Source: Candidatus Limnocylindrales bacterium
GTDB taxonomy: Bacteria > Chloroflexota > Limnocylindria > Limnocylindrales > CSP1-4
NCBI GenBank assembly: GCA_051306295.1
Contig: JBPPMZ010000118.1
Coordinates: forward strand, 2,076-66,075
Direction: 5' to 3'
DNA: 64,000 nt
The notes under the pieces are model-generated. The model saw only the letters and a list, made by a program, of their open reading frames with translations, made no database searches and was not told the DNA's origin. Shown here piece after piece: positions 58,593 through 64,000 of the stretch (position 1 is its first letter; each line of letters opens with the position of its first letter). Both the position numbers and the translations under genes were made by a program.

Positions 58593-59660
58593 ATGACGAT
58601 GCTCGAGACCGTGCCGCCCCTCAAGATGACCGACCTGACCGACTGCGGCGGCTGTGCCGCGAAACTCGGCGCGGACCTGCTGGCCGACGCCCTCAGCGGC
58701 CTGGGTGCGGAGGCGGCCGCGGCGGGGGCGATCGCCGATCCGGCGCTCATCGCCGGCCTGACCCCGCCCGACGACGCCGCGGCCTACCGGGTCAGCGACG
58801 ACCTGGCGATCATCGGCACGCTCGACTTCTTTCCGCCGCTCGTTGACGACCCGCGCACGTTCGGCGAGATCGCGGCCGCGAACGCCCTGTCCGATGTCTT
58901 CGCGATGGGCGGTCGCGTGCTGTTCGCCCTGTCGATCGCGGCGTTCCCCGAGGACCTGCCGCGTGACGTCCTGGCCGAGATCTTCGCCGGCGCCTCGTCC
59001 AAGGTCCGCGAGGCGGGTGGCACCCTGGCCGGCGGCCACACCATCCGCGATCCGGAGCCCAAGTACGGACTGGCCGTCATCGGAGCGGCGCACCCGGACA
59101 AGCTCCTGCGCAAGGGCGGTGCACGGCCCGGCGACATCCTGATCCTGACCAAGCGACTGGGGACCGGCGTGCTCGTGTCGGGCGCGCGTCAGGGCCGAAC
59201 CAGCCCGGAACACCTCGAGGGCGCGATCGATCAGATGCGCACCCTGAATCGCGCCGCCGCGGAGGTCCTCGTCGCGCGCGGGGTCCGCGGCGCCACGGAC
59301 GTGACGGGCTTCGGGCTGCTGGGCCACGGTCTGGAGATGGCCCGCACGTCCGGGACGCGCTTCGTCTTCGAGGCCGACGCGCTGCCGGCGCTGCCGGGCG
59401 CCCTGGAGCTGGCCGCGGCCGGCGTCGAGACCGGCGGCGCAGCCCACAACCGGCGGTACGTAGCGCCGTTGCTCCATGTCGGGGCCGCCGTCGGGCCGGA
59501 GCGCGTGACGCTCGCCCACGATCCGCAGACCAGCGGCGGGCTGCTAGCGGCCGTGGCGCTCGATGACGCCGACGAGACGATCCGTCGCCTCAACGCGGCC
59601 GGCGTCCAGGCCTGGCGCGTCGGCAGCGTCCAGGTCGGCGAGGGCGTGGCCCTGATCTGA
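58593..59660 (+). CDS. selD: selenide, water dikinase (Cys-type)
   Basis: N-terminal LTDCGGCAAKLG glycine-rich/Cys motif and an AIR-synthase-like fold. ATG at 58593. Confidence 0.92.
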   Translation: MTMLETVPPLKMTDLTDCGGCAAKLGADLLADALSGLGAEAAAAGAIADPALIAGLTPPDDAAAYRVSDDLAIIGTLDFFPPLVDDPRTFGEIAAANALSDVFAMGGRVLFALSIAAFPEDLPRDVLAEIFAGASSKVREAGGTLAGGHTIRDPEPKYGLAVIGAAHPDKLLRKGGARPGDILILTKRLGTGVLVSGARQGRTSPEHLEGAIDQMRTLNRAAAEVLVARGVRGATDVTGFGLLGHGLEMARTSGTRFVFEADALPALPGALELAAAGVETGGAAHNRRYVAPLLHVGAAVGPERVTLAHDPQTSGGLLAAVALDDADETIRRLNAAGVQAWRVGSVQVGEGVALI

Positions 59661-59677
59661 CCCGCGCCGGCCCGGGC

Positions 59678-59817
59678 GACGTTCCGCTGAGGACCCATCC
59701 GGCCTCGAGTGTGCGTGGTCCCGCGCAGGATCGACAGGAATCTGCCGTTTCTGCAGAGGACCACGAAGGGTTCGTGCGGATCTCGGTCCTGAGCGGACCG
59801 CTGGATGCTCCCGGCCG
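59678..59817 (+). repeat. 140-nt structured element, copy A (orphan copy between selD and the 3' end of fic)
   Basis: 119/140 identical (by eye, ungapped) to 61317-61456. Confidence 0.85.
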
Positions 59818-59821
59818 GGGA

Positions 59822-61180
59822 TCAGGCCGGCGGCTTGGGGGCCGAGCGAGCGTCATCGCGGGTCGAGATCCGCGCATCGAGATCCGTCGCCGGGAAGAAG
59901 TAGAAGCGCTTCCCCCGTTTGACGCGCTGGAGATATCCCCGCGCCTCGAGGTCCAGGAGATCGAGGCGCGCGGTCTGGAACGCGATGCGATGACTGCTTC
60001 GGTGCGACTCGAACGAGTACTCCGCGTCGGGATGGCGCATGGCGTGAGACAGGAGTGCGACCTGTCGATGATTCAGATCCGTGGCGCGGAGCAGTCGGCT
60101 TGCGGCGCGAAGCTCGGCCGACTTTGCACGGAGATAGGTACGAACGTCTTCGACCGCCTGCTTGATGACGCGGAGTTGATGCAGGAGAAAGTACGTGGCG
60201 TCGAACGCGTCCGTCTCCGTGAACTCGAAGGCTCGATAGTACCGACGCGGCGCCCGAAGGATGACTCGAGAGATGGACAGGAACTCGACCATCCAGTAGC
60301 CGGACCGCAGCATCGACCAGTAGAACAGCGCGCGACCGGTTCGTCCGTTCCCGTCCACGAACGGATGGTCGTAGGCGAGCCAGAGGTGCAGGACGATCGC
60401 CCTCACGACAGGGTGGACGAAGGCGATGTCGCCGTCGCCGTTCGCGAATCGGCACATGCCGGCGATCCGGGCGTCGAGTTCCGCGGCAGGTGGCGGCACG
60501 TGCACGATGGTCCCGTCAGCGGCGATCACCCGGACCCGATCCTCATCAGGGCGTTGGAGACGTCCCGCCGCGTCAGGCTCGCGAAGCGTCCCATCGGTCA
60601 GGATTCGATGCAACTCGAGGATGCGCCCGACGGATACGGCCTCGTCACGTTCGCCAGCCAGGGACTGCATCGCGATGTAGTTGTTCGCGATCATCCGTTC
60701 GCTGTGGTCGCGAGGGCGCCGACCGGTCCGGAGCATGTCCTTCGCGACCTGCCGGGTCGTCGCCGCGCCTTCGAGCTGGCTCGAGGTGATCGCTTCCTCG
60801 ATGAGCGAGCTGACAAGATATCGGCGTTGCAGTGCTGGCTCGTCAGCGCCATCGCCGGTCTGCATGGCACCCGCGCCGAACTGGTCGATCCAATGCAACA
60901 GTTCGAGCGCCTCGTCGGGCAAGGTGTACGAGAACGGTTGACCGGATGTCGAACGGAGCGGCAGGGGGCGAGCACTAACGGTTCGAGCGAAGCGGACTGC
61001 GAACCACCACTCTCGAACGGTCAGGTCGCCCGGCGGTGTTCGATGCCGGAGCTCATCCCAGTGAAGGTACCGGCCATCGACCGTCGGACCTGAACCCGCG
61101 CTGAGGATCGCCTGCAGGCGACCATCGTCGAGGTCGCGAGCAGCGTCGGCCAGCGGAGGTGCGTTTTGGGGCAGTCGCAT
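59822..61180 (-). CDS. Fic family protein (AMPylase-type) with an N-terminal inhibitory helix and a C-terminal winged-helix domain
   Basis: Fic motif (HPFVDGNGRTGRA), inhibitory motif S/TxxxE(G/N) (TSSQLEGA) and a C-terminal wHTH-like region (LEARGYLQRVKRGKRFYF). Confidence 0.92.
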   Translation of the reverse strand: MRLPQNAPPLADAARDLDDGRLQAILSAGSGPTVDGRYLHWDELRHRTPPGDLTVREWWFAVRFARTVSARPLPLRSTSGQPFSYTLPDEALELLHWIDQFGAGAMQTGDGADEPALQRRYLVSSLIEEAITSSQLEGAATTRQVAKDMLRTGRRPRDHSERMIANNYIAMQSLAGERDEAVSVGRILELHRILTDGTLREPDAAGRLQRPDEDRVRVIAADGTIVHVPPPAAELDARIAGMCRFANGDGDIAFVHPVVRAIVLHLWLAYDHPFVDGNGRTGRALFYWSMLRSGYWMVEFLSISRVILRAPRRYYRAFEFTETDAFDATYFLLHQLRVIKQAVEDVRTYLRAKSAELRAASRLLRATDLNHRQVALLSHAMRHPDAEYSFESHRSSHRIAFQTARLDLLDLEARGYLQRVKRGKRFYFFPATDLDARISTRDDARSAPKPPA

Positions 61181-61190
61181 GGTATCCGTG

Positions 61191-61270
61191 TACTACTGAC
61201 ATGTGACATGTCAGTAGTAGGTCATCGTGGGGTTCCTGTCAAGACCTACTGACATCGAATGCTTCAGTAG
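61191..61270. promoter_or_regulatory. fic promoter/operator: 13-bp perfect inverted repeat plus two extra half-sites
   Basis: TACTACTGACATG-tga-CATGTCAGTAGTA at 61191-61219, with further CTACTGACAT at 61246-61255 and TTCAGTAG at 61263-61270. It is AT-rich and starts 11 nt upstream of the fic start codon. Confidence 0.6.
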
Positions 61271-61316
61271 CAAGGTCCAGCACGCCGACGGCGTCGGTGC
61301 GGCTTGCCTGCGCGAC

Positions 61317-61456
61317 GACGTTCCGCTGAGATCCCAGCTGGCCACGAGTGAGCGTGGTTCCGCGCAGGATCGACAGGAATCCGCCGTTTCGGGTCACAGT
61401 CACGAAGGGTTCGTGCGGATCTCGGTCATGAGCGGAACACTGGGTGCTCCCCGCCG
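61317..61456 (+). promoter_or_regulatory. 140-nt structured leader, copy B, upstream of the Sec-formate dehydrogenase: candidate Moco-riboswitch-like RNA (hypothesis)
   Basis: Nested helices: GUUCCGCU (61320-27) with AGCGGAAC (61431-38), and GAGAUCC (61328-34) with GGAUCUC (61417-23). An invariant hairpin CACGA-AGGGU-UCGUG lies at 61401-15. It sits directly 5' of a molybdopterin enzyme gene. Confidence 0.4.
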
Positions 61457-61506
61457 AGCGGCCGCGCTACACTCCCTTCGTCAACCCCCGCAGGAGGCCA
61501 TCGCCC

Positions 61507-63426
61507 GTGGCGAAGCCCTACATGCGACTGACCCAGCCCCTCGTGCGCGACACGAAGGGCGGCGATCTTCGTCCCGCGACCTGGGATGAGGCGCTCGATC
61601 GCGTGGTCGACGGGTTCCGTGCCGCGAAGGCGGCCCACGGCCCGACGACCTTCGGCACCTTCAGCTGCAGCAAGGCGACCAACGAGGTCAACTTCGCGGC
61701 ACAGAAGTTCAGCCGGACGATCCTGGGCAGCAACAACATCGACAGCTGCAACCGGACCTGACACGCCCCAAGCGTCGCCGGTCTGGCGACCGTGTTCGGT
61801 GCCGGTGGTGGCACAAGTTCATACCGTGAGGTCGAGGACACCGATCTGATCGTCCTGTGGGGCAGCAACGCCCGCGAGACGCATCCGATCTTCTTCCATC
61901 ACGTCCTGCGGGCCGTCAACAAGGGCGCCCGCCTGTACGCCATCGACCCGCGCCGGACGAGCAGCGCCGAGTGGGCGGACGGTTGGCTGGGCCTGGACGT
62001 CGGCAGCGACATCGCCCTGGCCAACGCCGTCGGCCGCGAGATCCTGGCCGCCGGCCTCGAGAACCGCGCCTTCATCGAGCGCGCGACCGTCGACATCGAG
62101 GCGTACCGGGCCAAGGTCGAGAGTTACACGCTCGACTACGCCGAGCGCGAGACAGGCGTCCCCGCTGCGGCGATCCGCGAGCTCGCCCACGCCTTCGCGA
62201 CCGCACCGCGCGCGATGATCTGCTGGACCCTGGGGATCACGGAGCACCACAATGCCGTGGACAACGTGCTGGCCCTGATCTCGCTCGTGCTGCTGACCGG
62301 TCACGTCGGCCGCTACGGGAGCGGCGTCAACCCGTTGCGCGGCCAGAACAACGTCCAGGGCGGCGGCGACATGGGCGCGTTGCCGGACCGTCTGCCGGGC
62401 TTCCAGCATGTCGAGAACGACGAGCTGCGCGCGAAGTTCGACGCCGAGTGGGGCGTGGCCGTCCCGCCGCAACGCGGCTGGCACCTGTCGGGCATGTTCG
62501 ATGCGATGGAGCGTGGCGACCTGACCGCGGTCTACTGCATCGGCGAGAACCCGGTCCAATCCGAGGCGGACCAGAAGCGCGCGATCGGTCTGCTCAAGGG
62601 CCTCGACTTCCTGGTCGTGCAGGACCTGTTCCTGACCAGGACCGCCGAGCTCGCCGACGTGGTCCTGCCGGCCACCGCGGCCTGGGCGGAATCGGATGGC
62701 ACGGTGACCAACTCGGAGCGGCGGGTGCAGCGGGTTCGCGCGGCCGTCGCGCCACCGCCCGGCGCCCGAGACGACCTGGCGATCATCTTCGACCTGGCCA
62801 ACCGGATGGAGGCCGGCTGGGGCGAGCCGGATCCCGAGACCGTCTGGAACGAGGTCCGCCGCCTCTCCCCGGTCCACGCCGGCATGAGTTACGCGCGCCT
62901 GGCCGATGAGGGTGGACTCCAGTGGCCGTGCTACGACGAGACACACCCGGGCGAGCTGTTCCTGCACAGCCGGCTGTGGGAGGACCCGATGCCCGGCCAT
63001 CGCGTCCCGTTCGTGCCCGTCGACCACGACCCCCCGGTCGACAAGCTCACCGACGAATACCCGATCCGCCTGACGACCGGTCGACGGCTGGACTCATACA
63101 ACACGGGCGTCCAGACCGCGGGCTACACCTCGCCGCTGCGACGCGGTGAATCGCTCGATATCTCGCCGGAGGACGCGGCGACGTACGGCCTCGCGGACGG
63201 CGAGCGCGTGCGCGTCACCTCGCGACGCGGCCAGGTGGAGGCGCCGATCCGGATCGACGAGTCGCTGCGGCCGGGCCTGACCTTCATGACGATGCACTTC
63301 CAGGACGAGGTCGCGGTCAACCTGCTGACCATCGATGCCACGGATCCCAAGTCCGGCACAGCCGAGTTCAAGGCGACGGCCATCCGCATCGAGAAGCTTG
63401 GCGACCTCGTCCCGGCGCGCACCTGA
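61507..63426 (+). CDS. fdhA: formate dehydrogenase-H-like molybdopterin oxidoreductase, selenocysteine-containing (UGA at 61759-61761 read as Sec)
   Basis: The two track ORFs (61444-61761 and 61792-63426) are in the same frame. The junction reads NIDSCNRT-U-HAPSVAGL, the conserved FDH active-site Sec context. GTG at 61507 follows AGGAGG by 9 nt (alternative GTG at 61444). MGD-binding and C-terminal beta-barrel domains are present. Confidence 0.9.
61774..61790 (+). promoter_or_regulatory. bacterial SECIS hairpin
   Basis: GUCGCC-GGUCU-GGCGAC starts 13 nt after the UGA. The GGUCU apical loop resembles the E. coli fdhF SECIS loop. Confidence 0.8.
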
Positions 63427-63431
63427 CGACG

Positions 63432-64000
63432 ATGGCACCATCGACCACGATCAGACTTCCCGGCACGGACGGTCCGGACATCACCATAGAGCGCGGGGTG
63501 ATCTCACCGCCTCGTGTCTCGATCGACGGGCAGGTCGTGGCACCGATCCCGGGCGCAAGGACACGTATCCCATCGTCCTGCCCGACGGCACGACGCGGTC
63601 GATCACGCTCAGGTCGGGCTGGAACGGGATGGTGGCCCTCGCCGATGACGGCAGTCGCCTCCCGTTGGACCCGAAGCGGCCGGCGTGGGAGACGGTGCTG
63701 TCGCTCGCTCCCATCGGTCTCGTCGCGGTCGGTGGCCTGATCGGGGGTGTCTTCGGCGGGGGCGGGGTCGCGGCCAACATGGCCATCTCCCGGAGCGACC
63801 TGCGGCCGGCGGTCAGGGCCGCCGCGATGGTTACCGTGTTGACCGTGGCCGCCGTATCCTGGTTCGTCGTGGCGCGCGCTGTCGCGACCACCCTGAGCCC
63901 CCTCCCGACCTATGTCGCGGGCCAGTGCCTGGACAGGATCGGCACGGGCGACACCATAGACGCCTCCGCGATCCGGGTCGTCGATTGCACCGACCCGCAC
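63432..64000 (+). CDS. membrane protein of unknown function, frameshifted near 63556, 3' end beyond the window
   Basis: MAPSTTIRLPGTDGPDITIERGVISPPRVSIDGQVVAPIPGA continues plausibly only in the -1 frame (KDTYPIVLPDGTTRSITLRSGWNG...LAPIGLVAVGGLIGGVFGGGG...), which has 2 TM helices and is open to the window end. Confidence 0.6.

Noticed and set aside
61320-61506. Idea that the 140-nt repeat is the degraded coding sequence of the missing FDH 4Fe-4S domain
   Set aside because: One frame stays open in both copies (…QDRQESAVS..HEGFVRISV.SG.L.AP), but:
- no frame contains a CxxCxxxC pattern
- the spacing to the conserved FVN...MRL segment is about 15 codons too short
- substitutions between the copies show no third-position bias

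The alternative is kept in the FDH finding but not adopted.

Overview
High-GC (about 70% by eye) bacterial chromosomal segment. The gene content looks Actinomycetota-like: an OpcA-containing zwf operon, an ECF sigma factor, VapBC/MazEF modules, strong GGAGG ribosome-binding sites and many 4-nt ATGA/GTGA start/stop overlaps. I support about 60 genes, and no rRNA, CRISPR array, transposase or integrase was recognised.

Housekeeping genes:
- pyrG
- an oxidative pentose-phosphate cluster: tkt ... rpiB-pgi-gnd-zwf-opcA-pgl
- citrate synthase, corA and psuG
- an ABC-2 exporter and several DMT/MFS transporters
- a NarL-type two-component pair
- a YhaN/YhaO-like (SbcEF-like) ATPase/nuclease pair

Most distinctive locus (54.6-64 kb): a complete selenocysteine system with its client.
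- tRNA-Sec selC, selA, selB and mobA sit in one overlapping operon, with selD divergent.
- The client is a formate-dehydrogenase-like molybdoenzyme with an in-frame UGA (61759) followed by a SECIS hairpin.
- This enzyme appears to lack the N-terminal 4Fe-4S domain.
- It is separated from selD by a Fic (AMPylase-family) cassette.
- The cassette is bracketed by two 140-nt, about 85% identical structured elements, which I propose as candidate molybdenum-cofactor-riboswitch-like leaders.

Recurring observations:
- Long imperfect direct repeats also bracket a vapBC cassette (22.5-23.6 kb) and a dead ECF-sigma fragment (2.2-2.8 kb).
- Two genes seem to initiate at CTG inside a CTGA overlap.
- At least four reading frames break by apparent 1-nt deletions, mostly in C/G runs. 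These may be assembly indels.
- Several intergenic regions carry repeats or hairpins that the genes do not explain.

All identities and percentages were counted by eye. No database search was possible.
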